Part shown: positions 1 to 8,044 of the stretch, piece by piece
Layout of the letters: each line of letters starts with the position of its first letter
How positions within the stretch are numbered: position 1 is the first letter of the stretch
IMG/VR virus record: IMGVR_UViG_3300028610_000244
Coordinates: 33,869-97,868 of that record
Direction: 5' to 3' (one strand)
Origin: a virus
DNA length: 64,000 nt
The notes under the pieces: generated by a model
What the model saw: only the letters and a program-made list of their open reading frames with translations
What the model was told of the DNA's origin: nothing
Databases searched by the model: none
Translations under genes and position numbers: made by a program

Positions 1-11
1 CTTATACTTAA

Positions 12-39
12 AGTATAACACAGAACTCTGAGAATCAAA
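12..39 (-). promoter_or_regulatory. Early-type sigma70 promoter firing leftward out of the window
   Basis: Minus strand TGT-TATACT-TTAAG extended -10, same core as at 3773, 18394 and 19723; weak -35 (TTGATT/TTTGAT). Confidence 0.6.
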
Positions 40-79
40 ATGGGTTCTAAAAATTTTTGCTATTTATTTTCTGGCGTTT

Positions 80-250
80 TCAATTTGGTTCGTATTTCAA
101 CGCAGCCGTAATCAATCCATGCTCGGCGTGAAGCTGTACTTGTATCAATGCTAACGGTGCGTTAATCTGTACGCTGGCAGGCTTGGCCTTGAACCGGCTG
201 TCTGCTTCGATCTCTTTCTTCTTTGCTTCCAAGTATTCTCGAATCGTCAT
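80..250 (-). CDS. Hypothetical protein (MTIREY...)
   Basis: ORF track 80..307; internal ATG at 250 preceded by GGAGAAAG. Confidence 0.6.
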   Translation of the reverse strand: MTIREYLEAKKKEIEADSRFKAKPASVQINAPLALIQVQLHAEHGLITAALKYEPN

Positions 251-314
251 CGTCTTTCTCCACTCTTGACAGATGTCACTCGCCCTCGTCGGGGCCTCCG
301 TGCCCATCTCGCCG

Positions 315-1898
315 TCAGTCGATCAGCTTGGCTGTCCTGCTTGCAGGATCAACCCAATACTTCTGCCCGCAGAAACTGCACTTGATATTCAAGCAGTTCC
401 CGGCCTCTGGTCCCCGGAGAAACCCGCGAGCCGGTGTCCGTTCACATTCAGCACAGTAGTCCGCGTCGATCTGCTCCCACAAACCACGGCCTTCGATCTT
501 ATCGTTCTCGGCCGCTGCTGCTTCGACGTGGCCTCGAATCATCGAACCCACCGCGTCACGAACCCGCTCCCACCAACCCACTTTCTTCACGACTTCCCAA
601 TCCATGACTGTTTCAGTGGTGCCGAGCTTCGCGGTGTAGCCACCGAAGACTCTGACGACAGGTTGGATTGTCACCCTAATGGTATCGACCTCAATGATCT
701 TGGCTAACCCACCGTCTTTCCATGTCACCATGTCTCCGACCTCGAACTCCGAAACAAACTCGTCGGGGTCAATGACGTACTCGTCGTGCAATTCTCTTGT
801 AATCCCTGGACGACTCAGCAACAAAGCGTCAGCCTTGGCGAACTCCTGGGCAGAGAGTAGCCCCTGCATCCACCGCATCTTGGCAGTGAGTTGGTCGTCA
901 GCAATCGCCCAGACGCCGTGCAGCCAAGCCCGTTGCTGTTGCTTGTACCTGTCAGCTTCTTTAAGAATCTCCGCGATCCGCTTCGCACCTTCACCGCCCA
1001 TCGCCTTCTCCAAGACTTCCGCGTTATCGACTGTGTTCACAATAGTCACAGTGACAGGTTCGCCGACACGGTGACATCTGTCCTCAGCCTGTGAGAATGT
1101 CCGCTCGTTTCTTTGTGTGACCTGAGCCATGATCCGCTTTTCCAACTCAGCATAGTCTGTCTTGGTAGGGTGTAAGATTGTCTCGCCAGCGGTCTCGGCA
1201 CCCACAGGACTGTACATCCTCCGTAGCTGCTCCCGCTTCTGGGCCTGCGTCCTGGGCCAAATCTGCACGCCGGTATGGTCGTCAACGATCTTCTTCCAGC
1301 CGAGCCCGTATATCTTTCGGATGTCTATTGTCACACCTGAGCCGTGATAGGTCCGTGCCGCTCGCCCTGTTGGTGACTTGCCGAAATCCTTGTCCGCGAT
1401 GTCGCGGTACTCGTGACGTCGGTGCATGTACATCTTCCTGAAATGATCTGACCCGCCGCTCGGATTACCCATGACGATCATCTTATCAATCATCCGTTTC
1501 TGGTGACTATACAGTCCGGCATATCCATGCACCGGCCCGCCAGTGTGCCCGAAGAAGCTTCCGCCGACGTTGGAGAACGCCTCACTACATAGACGGTGCC
1601 GCAAGCGGAATTCCTTCCAGAACGCGGTCGTTTCTCTCTTGCTGAAATAGGTGCTGGAGAGAGCCCGCTCAAAGGCCATCTTGCAGCCCTCGTAACTGCT
1701 GTCGGTGTCTTGCTTACCAAGGGTAGTGACACCCTTACTCACAAGTGTTGGCCCGCTGGCTTCCGTCAACAAGAAAATCTTGCAGGTCGTGACAGTCTGG
1801 GGCCTGCCCTTGTTCGGACCTTTCTTGAACTTCTTGAACCTGTCTTGCTTGAAGCCCACATGGTAACGGCGTGTTTCTGATTTAATCTCTACGTTCAT
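315..1898 (-). CDS. Mosaic protein: N-terminal domain paralogous to 2443..3147, central string of PolA/helicase/terminase motif fragments, SH3-like segment, C-terminal Zn ribbon
   Basis: 527-aa ORF with GGAG RBS; motifs DYAELEKRIMA, SPTGR, HDEY, QAEDRCHRVG, GNPSG; C-terminal CxxC...GP...CxxC. Confidence 0.8.
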   Translation of the reverse strand: MNVEIKSETRRYHVGFKQDRFKKFKKGPNKGRPQTVTTCKIFLLTEASGPTLVSKGVTTLGKQDTDSSYEGCKMAFERALSSTYFSKRETTAFWKEFRLRHRLCSEAFSNVGGSFFGHTGGPVHGYAGLYSHQKRMIDKMIVMGNPSGGSDHFRKMYMHRRHEYRDIADKDFGKSPTGRAARTYHGSGVTIDIRKIYGLGWKKIVDDHTGVQIWPRTQAQKREQLRRMYSPVGAETAGETILHPTKTDYAELEKRIMAQVTQRNERTFSQAEDRCHRVGEPVTVTIVNTVDNAEVLEKAMGGEGAKRIAEILKEADRYKQQQRAWLHGVWAIADDQLTAKMRWMQGLLSAQEFAKADALLLSRPGITRELHDEYVIDPDEFVSEFEVGDMVTWKDGGLAKIIEVDTIRVTIQPVVRVFGGYTAKLGTTETVMDWEVVKKVGWWERVRDAVGSMIRGHVEAAAAENDKIEGRGLWEQIDADYCAECERTPARGFLRGPEAGNCLNIKCSFCGQKYWVDPASRTAKLID

Positions 1899-1923
1899 AT
1901 CGTTTCTCCAGGTACAATTCGTG

Positions 1924-2103
1924 TCATTTATTCATCACTGCTCTAACACAGGCGGCAATAATGATAGCAGTGGCAACATAGGCCAGCCCGCGTTCGGTTG
2001 GGTCCGAGATGGTTAGGAACTCGTCCTTGATCGGATTCAACTCATCACATCCCGCCAGCAATAAAAGCGGCAGGCACGCCCACATCCACATACGTCTTAA
2101 CAT
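1924..2103 (-). CDS. Small lipoprotein with C-terminal hydrophobic helix
   Basis: MLRRMWMWACLPLLLLAGC lipobox; RBS GAGGAGG before ATG 2103. Confidence 0.7.
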   Translation of the reverse strand: MLRRMWMWACLPLLLLAGCDELNPIKDEFLTISDPTERGLAYVATAIIIAACVRAVMNK

Positions 2104-2381
2104 GTCACTTCCTCCTCGAACGGTTGCTGGCAACCAGGACACCACGTATTATTTTCGAGTCCACGTCGCCCACAGGCTGTGCAAATCTTCGCCTTCTTAT
2201 GCTTCTCACAGGTGTCACCGACGACCAGAAGATTATGCAGCTCCTGCTCATCCATGTCTTCATGCTCATGGTTGAATCGGTCCAGCTCACACCTCACCTG
2301 AAATTGAACAGACAGATGGTAGTCATAGTGCTCAGTCCCGAAGCTGAAATCAAAATATACACAGGTCAAACAGCACTTCAT
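2097..2381 (-). CDS. Cys-rich (zinc-binding) hypothetical protein
   Basis: Several CxxC pairs; AGGAAG RBS. Confidence 0.65.
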   Translation of the reverse strand: MKCCLTCVYFDFSFGTEHYDYHLSVQFQVRCELDRFNHEHEDMDEQELHNLLVVGDTCEKHKKAKICTACGRRGLENNTWCPGCQQPFEEEVTC

Positions 2382-2442
2382 GTCACTTCCTTTTTACTAT
2401 ATCTATATAGTAATATCCACCGAAATTACTACATATATGTTG

Positions 2443-3147
2443 TTATTTGCGGTGCCACCATCGCTTCTTTTTCTTGGTTTCGATCCTGTCAAGTCGCGGC
2501 TCAATAGGCTCCGGGGGGATGTACTCCGGCTCGACCGGGGAGATTGTGTACTGCAACCAAAGGGGGCCTTTCGACCAACCGAGACCGCACAGCACCGGCC
2601 CTGGCTCCGCGTGGCCTGTCACCTTCATCTTAAATGATTTTATCTCTGAGAGGTTCTCGTGAATAACGACGTCAGGGCCAATCTTCTGGGCCTCAGTAAT
2701 AACCTTTCCCACCTCAATGGATGACGCAACGGCCTCCTCCGGCGTTTCGACCTGCATCTCAACCTGGACATCGTCCAGCGTGGGCTCAAAAGGTGGTAAG
2801 AGTATCGGGATGTGTTCAGTCTCAGGCTTCGCAGGTATTGGATAGTCCTCGAAGAACACTTGCCAGAACTCAGTCTTCCCAGGTTTGCCAATCGGTGAAG
2901 ACTTGAGAGCACGAGCCAGTGATGTTTTGCGGCAAGCATGGTCGCAATGCTCATCCTGCCAGCTCTGCCACGTCCAACCGTAGCCTCTAACCTCTTCGCC
3001 GAGATCGTTCAGCTCGATAATCTCGCACACAGTAAACACTCGTGGTTGCCGACGCCTCGGGCCTTTCTTGAACACCAATGTATCTTTGTCCACGGTCCAG
3101 AGCACTTTATATCTGGCGTTGTTTAATGTGGTTCGCAGTATCAACAT
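2443..3147 (-). CDS. Hypothetical protein; N-terminal domain paralogous to that of 315..1898
   Basis: Shared FKKGP...TxC.I...G.T...QD...C+..+.RAL...FW..F pattern; GAGGAG RBS. Confidence 0.75.
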   Translation of the reverse strand: MLILRTTLNNARYKVLWTVDKDTLVFKKGPRRRQPRVFTVCEIIELNDLGEEVRGYGWTWQSWQDEHCDHACRKTSLARALKSSPIGKPGKTEFWQVFFEDYPIPAKPETEHIPILLPPFEPTLDDVQVEMQVETPEEAVASSIEVGKVITEAQKIGPDVVIHENLSEIKSFKMKVTGHAEPGPVLCGLGWSKGPLWLQYTISPVEPEYIPPEPIEPRLDRIETKKKKRWWHRK

Positions 3148-3164
3148 ATCGTCTCCTCAATGTT

Positions 3165-3305
3165 CGGCCGGGAAGCCGGTCCACTTTAACTCCTCAGATT
3201 CGACGGTTAGTAGGCTAAGGCCAACGGCTATAACTTGTTACGTGTCAGTCGGCAGGTGCCGGCCGATGTCACTACGTAGTGACATCGCTCGTCAGTTCCC
3301 GGTCG
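3165..3305 (-). ncRNA. Candidate structured intergenic RNA (multi-stem junction)
   Basis: Closing stem CGACCGGGAA/TTCCCGGCCG, perfect 24-nt palindrome 3264-3287, inner GCCGG/CCGGC stem. Confidence 0.5.
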
Positions 3306-3647
3306 TTATTGCATGTCCCTCAGTATGTCACTACCTAGTGTCAAATCAGCTTCCTGAGCTTCACATAGAATCGCAAGACCCAGGTCCAGATCAGTAATGC
3401 CAGTGGCTGCACCGTGAACACTTGACGCCACAGCTCGGCGGCAGTTCATCGGGACTTCACACTGCAAGCAAAACGGGCGTTCGTCGCCGCCGTGGTGGAT
3501 TGTCAGCTTGCCGCAATCACAGAACCAAGCTGACGGGGCAATCGAAGTCCCGAAAACGTGACCGCAGTGGCTACAATACGGTTCTGATTCGCTTGTGAGT
3601 TTCGGGCTCTGGGGGATTTCTTCGTGGCACCTCTCGCACTTACTCAT
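3306..3647 (-). CDS. Zinc-ribbon hypothetical protein (MSKCERC...)
   Basis: Multiple CxxC pairs; GAGGAG RBS before ATG 3647; the longer ORF-track start overlaps the promoter. Confidence 0.7.
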   Translation of the reverse strand: MSKCERCHEEIPQSPKLTSESEPYCSHCGHVFGTSIAPSAWFCDCGKLTIHHGGDERPFCLQCEVPMNCRRAVASSVHGAATGITDLDLGLAILCEAQEADLTLGSDILRDMQ

Positions 3648-3675
3648 TGTTTGCTCTCCTCGTCTCGTTCCAGTT

Positions 3676-3766
3676 AAAAGAACTGGCCGACTCGGCTTGA
3701 TCCTATTCCGCAGCGATCCGGGCGTCCTGGTCTGCATTGCCGCCGCTACTGGCCGAGTCTGCCAAC
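3676..3766 (-). ncRNA. Candidate small RNA or leader with long terminal stem and U-rich tail
   Basis: TGGC-A-GACTCGGC pairs with GCCGAGTC-G-GCCA, followed by TTCTTTT, directly downstream of promoter 3773-3800. Confidence 0.5.
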
Positions 3767-3772
3767 ACTTAA

Positions 3773-3800
3773 AGTATAACACATTTCTGAGAAGATGCAA
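3773..3800 (-). promoter_or_regulatory. Early-type sigma70 promoter
   Basis: TTGCAT-N16-TATACT with extended -10 TG and AT-rich upstream tract. Confidence 0.75.
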
Positions 3801-3847
3801 ATATTTTGTAAGAAAAAAGTGGTAGTTTTTCTTACAAAATTATCGGA

Positions 3848-4087
3848 CTATCTGGACCGTGTAGGCAGAGCGACTTCATCCATGTTGTCGATTTCCGTTT
3901 CCTTCTCAGCCACGGTCATCTTGTCCGGTCGCTTGTCAGTCTCCCGTGTGATAACGTCGTCCATCCGTCGCCTTGCTTTGTTCGCCACCATGTTGTCAAG
4001 CCAAGCCTGGACACCAGCGGTGTCGATCATCTCGTCTTTCAACACGCGGTCCTGTGCGTCTGATACTGTCACTGTGTATGTTGCCAT
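3848..4087 (-). CDS. Hypothetical protein, last gene of fibre module (possible fibre chaperone)
   Basis: 79-aa ORF with AGGAG RBS, directly after the C1q-like gene. Confidence 0.65.
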   Translation of the reverse strand: MATYTVTVSDAQDRVLKDEMIDTAGVQAWLDNMVANKARRRMDDVITRETDKRPDKMTVAEKETEIDNMDEVALPTRSR

Positions 4088-4107
4088 GTCACTCGCTCCT
4101 TGTTATG

Positions 4108-4575
4108 TTATGCGATTCGTTCAAAAGTACAATAGTCAGTGAGTACGCTAAGTTTAGCACTGGCATTATTATGCCAAAAATAAACTTCGATATAATCACC
4201 GGCAGTCAGACTGAGAGTTGTTGTCTGCATCGCCGGAGCATGATTATCAGAAGAGGCTAAAGCGTGTCCAGCAGGACCACGCTCACTTTGAGAAGCACCA
4301 TTCTTATAGAGCCGAGTAATAGTTCCGAAGCCTGCGGCAGAAGACTGACCCTCAAGAGTTGCCACCGCTGTTATTTTATAGATACCAGTCGCTTCGGCCG
4401 TCCATCGTTTATTTGTCACGGTATCGACTTCATTCAAATTGTCATAGTCTACCGAAGTAAACGGGAGCTTAGTCCACGTAGAGGGGTTAACTGTCGTAGC
4501 CGGCATTCCTGTCTTAGCATACGACTCGAAACCACCACCACCACCACCGCCGCCTTTAATTCCTGATGCAAACAT
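4108..4575 (-). CDS. C1q/TNF-like domain adhesin with MFASGIK-polyG N-terminus
   Basis: WTKLPF...YD......WTA...GIY.I......LSLTAGDYIEVY is a gC1q pattern; start 4575 after GGAG. Confidence 0.75.
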   Translation of the reverse strand: MFASGIKGGGGGGGGFESYAKTGMPATTVNPSTWTKLPFTSVDYDNLNEVDTVTNKRWTAEATGIYKITAVATLEGQSSAAGFGTITRLYKNGASQSERGPAGHALASSDNHAPAMQTTTLSLTAGDYIEVYFWHNNASAKLSVLTDYCTFERIA

Positions 4576-4576
4576 G

Positions 4577-4849
4577 TTATTCTCCTGCGATAAAGTCTTG
4601 AAAAGCTTTCCTTGCGTGCGTTGCAATTTTGGAGGCTGGCAGAAAGACACACCGCTCGACCTCAGCAACCTGTGCAGGGCTCAGCTCAACGGCCTCGCCT
4701 CGGTTGATCTTGATAGCGATCTCCACGAAATCCACAGACGCCGCCTGGGTGTAGAGTACATTCGCCACCGTCTTATGGAACGTGCAGTTCTTGACCGGAG
4801 TCCCATCAATATCTTTGAGCACGATGTCACTAAAATTCAATGTTCTCAT
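4577..4849 (-). CDS. Putative fibre assembly chaperone, paralog of 7690..8025
   Basis: LKDIDG...A.KI.....VELS..+..++ pattern shared with 7690..8025; follows a fibre gene. Confidence 0.6.
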   Translation of the reverse strand: MRTLNFSDIVLKDIDGTPVKNCTFHKTVANVLYTQAASVDFVEIAIKINRGEAVELSPAQVAEVERCVFLPASKIATHARKAFQDFIAGE

Positions 4850-4858
4850 AGTTCTCCT

Positions 4859-6406
4859 CTATGCGTCCGTAATATAGAAAATGTTGAACGTCACTGGACC
4901 CGTGTCTACAAGCGTGGTGAAGTCCTGTGCATTGGCATCTTGGTACATAAACATTCGTATATCATTGGCTACGATATTCAGGTCCACTTGCAGGGTATCA
5001 TCGCCGGAAGCATTGACTCGAATACTAGCTATTCCAGCAACCGCATTTCCAGTTAGATCAGAAGCTTTTATATAGAGTACATCACCGCCCGAAGATAGTT
5101 GAAAACCACCAGTGGTGTCACCTTTTCCAAGATTATCTACTTCTGAAATAATATCACCATTCCAGATGTCTTCTGTTTTGACTTTCAAGGTCGTTGCATT
5201 TGTGCCATCCTGTACAATTAGGCGAAGAAATCTAAGCACTCTACCAGCAGTACCATCCCCAACCAAGTCGGGGGTTATGGTGACATAGTCTCCGTTGTCA
5301 GTATAGGTCAGTCCGGCACCTGTACGCAACGCACCATCACTACTGGCTGCACCAAGATAGTCCGGTGTCGCACCTGAGTCAACCCCTACTTTCCCCATGA
5401 GGGAGTGACTTGAGCCATCAGCGGAAACATGTGTTGCCGCTGCATCCCAACCCGTCAACTTACCTGTCGGCATCAAACCATTCTGGGCGTTAGTAGCGTC
5501 CCGCGTAGCTGCGGTATGCTGTGCCGATGTCATGTGATAGTATTCGTCAGTGGTCCCGCCCTGCAATCCTGCCGTGTTGTTGTGTGTAATTGTTGAGCCA
5601 AACTGAACCCAGGAGGCTCCGTTCCAGACATAGTTTCTGTCCTCGTCTTCGACCCAACAGGCTCCGCCTTCGTCACCAAAAGCGGTGTAGGCCACAAACC
5701 AAACGCTGCCATCGAATTCAACGATATCGTTGACGGCGGCACCGTCCCAGTTGGCATGGGGTCCGCCCCCGGTTGCATCTAACAGGAATCTTTCACCCGT
5801 AACTTCTGACGGAGGAACCGCTGTATTATCCACGATGTCAATGACACTATTCTGCCAATCAAGCCCAATCAGCAAGCCATCGACATAATCTTTTCTGGTC
5901 ACATGCGTTCCGTCCGTTGGGGGGTTTGAAGAAATGATCGTGGCATGTGTCACTGTATCAGCGGTCCCAAGACCTAATTCGGCGGCGGTGACTACATGGG
6001 GATTGCCACTCGTCAGTCCTCGGTGTGTAGCGTTGAGACCGACTATGCTGTGACTCGACCCATCACTTGAGGCATGAGCAGTCCCTGCATCCACGGCCCA
6101 TGTCGTGCCGTCCCATACGTAGTTTGCGTCTACATCTTCGACCCAGCAAGCTCCGCCTTCATCACCTGCTGCGGTGTAGGTGACTGCCCAGGTAGTGCCA
6201 TTGAATTCAACTACATCGTTGACAGCGGCTCCATCCCAGTTGGCATGGACTCCGCCCCCGGTGGGGTCTAACAAGTATCTGTCACCATCAACTTCTGTCG
6301 GAGGGGCAGCGGTGTTATCTGCAATCGCCAGAACACTATTCTGCCAATCAAGGTCTGACAGTGCCAGACCACCACCAGCTCCGCTTTTAATTCCTGATGC
6401 AAACAT
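4859..6406 (-). CDS. Fibre/adhesin protein with two DUF2793-like repeats
   Basis: Two copies of DWQNSV...PP.EV.G.R.LLD.TGGG.HANWDGAAVND.VEF.G..W...GGACWVED; acidic Gly/Thr-rich composition. Confidence 0.75.
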   Translation of the reverse strand: MFASGIKSGAGGGLALSDLDWQNSVLAIADNTAAPPTEVDGDRYLLDPTGGGVHANWDGAAVNDVVEFNGTTWAVTYTAAGDEGGACWVEDVDANYVWDGTTWAVDAGTAHASSDGSSHSIVGLNATHRGLTSGNPHVVTAAELGLGTADTVTHATIISSNPPTDGTHVTRKDYVDGLLIGLDWQNSVIDIVDNTAVPPSEVTGERFLLDATGGGPHANWDGAAVNDIVEFDGSVWFVAYTAFGDEGGACWVEDEDRNYVWNGASWVQFGSTITHNNTAGLQGGTTDEYYHMTSAQHTAATRDATNAQNGLMPTGKLTGWDAAATHVSADGSSHSLMGKVGVDSGATPDYLGAASSDGALRTGAGLTYTDNGDYVTITPDLVGDGTAGRVLRFLRLIVQDGTNATTLKVKTEDIWNGDIISEVDNLGKGDTTGGFQLSSGGDVLYIKASDLTGNAVAGIASIRVNASGDDTLQVDLNIVANDIRMFMYQDANAQDFTTLVDTGPVTFNIFYITDA

Positions 6407-6415
6407 GTCACTCCC

Positions 6416-6769
6416 TTATGCGTAGGCCACGACTAGCTTTTCGCCATCAACAACTACGAGCATTTGTAGCTCGTCCAGATTGTCAACGTTAAATGAAAAG
6501 ACTTCACCAGCCGCTAACGGCCACGAGTTAGTGACTGCCGCAACGTCGCCAGTTCTCACCCACACCTTGCCGGTGTTGTCCGGGTGTCCCATGACGAGAA
6601 GCTCATTGCAGACGGCATCGCTGCCTTGTACTTCATCGTTTGCCCCGCTCCCAGTGAAGTGCAGAACATCTTGCATCACTGTACCTTTGCGGCCGTGAAT
6701 TTCGCGGCCCTTGCTCGTTGCTTTTCCGAGGTATCCGATTATTGATGCTGCTGTGTCGCCTAGTGCCAT
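6416..6769 (-). CDS. Small beta-rich virion protein with GYLGKA..GRE motif; paralog of 12169..12546
   Basis: IIGYLGKATSKGREI; E.LV...PDN...PL.A pattern shared with 12169..12546. Confidence 0.7.
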   Translation of the reverse strand: MALGDTAASIIGYLGKATSKGREIHGRKGTVMQDVLHFTGSGANDEVQGSDAVCNELLVMGHPDNTGKVWVRTGDVAAVTNSWPLAAGEVFSFNVDNLDELQMLVVVDGEKLVVAYA

Positions 6770-6782
6770 TTTGTTCTCCTTG

Positions 6783-7628
6783 TTAGTCTGTTACCACATG
6801 TCCCTGTGCCATCATTCTGAAAGATTCCAATCCGCTGAGATTATCTTGGATCAATACTTCGAGCATTTCACCACCCATAAGCCGTAGCGTCACGCCATGC
6901 TTTGATGGACCCGCGTATGTATTTCTGAATCTGTATCCGAAAGAGCCCGCAGGTGCTTTATCCGTGTAGGCGGCGTCAAAACATAAGAGGCCGATGTCAC
7001 CGTTGCTCTTGATATTCCACACGTTATCAATTACTTCATTGTTTACCCGAAGGACTACGCCGTTGGTTAATGCGGCGAGGTTGCCGAACAAAGCATCATC
7101 CATCGCGGAACCACTCTGAATATATCCTGTGATCCTTGTAATATCTACTTCAAGATCGCGGGGGACACCAACAGGACCAATCTGGAATATTTCAGTCGTG
7201 ACAGAACCGTTCACAGCCAGTTCATCGGTTGCAGTGATAACCGCCGAGAGTGCGGTCGTGAATTTTTTATCAATAGGCGTGTCCAATGTCACTACCTGTC
7301 CAGCCGGAGCCCCGATCTGTTTGCCAAAATAGAAAAACCCTTCACCAGAAAAGATGCCGACCACGTTGCCGGCGTCAAAGCCGGTCGTGTCTGCGATAGT
7401 GATTGTCATGTCTTCCAGTGCAGTTTCTACCGTAAGTGTGGTAGGGACTCCTGCCGCCTGGATGAAGTCAAGGTCCAGTGCCCGCGTGTGCTGATCCTGG
7501 ACGTTGACCGGAATGCCACCGTTGTCCTCACCTGGAACCCAAAGCTCACGGCCCCATTGAGTAGCTTTACCCAGGTAGCCCATTAACCGGGCTGCACCTA
7601 CCTCTTCACCATATTGCTCATGTGCCAT
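6783..7628 (-). CDS. Putative virion protein with GYLGKA..GRE motif
   Basis: LMGYLGKATQWGREL; beta-rich acidic composition; first gene after promoter 7659-7687. Confidence 0.7.
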   Translation of the reverse strand: MAHEQYGEEVGAARLMGYLGKATQWGRELWVPGEDNGGIPVNVQDQHTRALDLDFIQAAGVPTTLTVETALEDMTITIADTTGFDAGNVVGIFSGEGFFYFGKQIGAPAGQVVTLDTPIDKKFTTALSAVITATDELAVNGSVTTEIFQIGPVGVPRDLEVDITRITGYIQSGSAMDDALFGNLAALTNGVVLRVNNEVIDNVWNIKSNGDIGLLCFDAAYTDKAPAGSFGYRFRNTYAGPSKHGVTLRLMGGEMLEVLIQDNLSGLESFRMMAQGHVVTD

Positions 7629-7658
7629 TTAGTATAGTTCCTTTAGCATTATAGGACC

Positions 7659-7687
7659 ATACTACCATAAATGCAGGCTAAATGCAA
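7659..7687 (-). promoter_or_regulatory. sigma70 promoter
   Basis: TTGCAT-N17-TAGTAT with extended TG. Confidence 0.65.
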
Positions 7688-7689
7688 GC

Positions 7690-8025
7690 TTATTCTGTCT
7701 CCAATCCGGTAGGTTTATCCTCGATCATCGCCAACGCCTGCCCGTGCATCAGCGGAAGAAATCCAGGCTGCTTGCCCTCAATGGCCTTCTTGATCTGATT
7801 CAGCTCATCCAGGGTCAGCTCGACCTCGTCCTCGGCCTTGGAGAGCTTCACAGATAGCTCGAACCGCTGCTTCTTATACTCTGAGGCTTCTGGGGCCTCA
7901 TCACCCGCCACCTGCCCGAGTAGCGTATCCAGGAGCACGGTCTTGAGAGTCAGTGGACCCTTATCCTTCACCACCATGTCTACGCGGTCAAGTCCTTTGA
8001 ATGCTTGTGTCAGGTTCAATTTCAT
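7690..8025 (-). CDS. Putative fibre assembly chaperone
   Basis: Follows the large fibre gene; K..RFEL..K+....EVELT..E...IKK pattern; AGGAG RBS. Confidence 0.65.
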   Translation of the reverse strand: MKLNLTQAFKGLDRVDMVVKDKGPLTLKTVLLDTLLGQVAGDEAPEASEYKKQRFELSVKLSKAEDEVELTLDELNQIKKAIEGKQPGFLPLMHGQALAMIEDKPTGLETE

Positions 8026-8044
8026 TTCAGTTCTCCTTGCTTGA

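Noticed and set aside
315-1898. Second functional DNA polymerase/helicase, or simple pseudogene
   Set aside because: The motifs come from three enzyme families in scrambled order without intervening domains, yet the frame is intact with a good RBS.
3165-3305. Canonical hammerhead ribozyme
   Set aside because: CUGACGA is present, but there is no GAAA after stem II and no UH cleavage site before stem I.
3648-3800. N-terminal extension of ORF 3306..3800
   Set aside because: It overlaps a promoter and a structured leader; the RBS-led start is at 3647.
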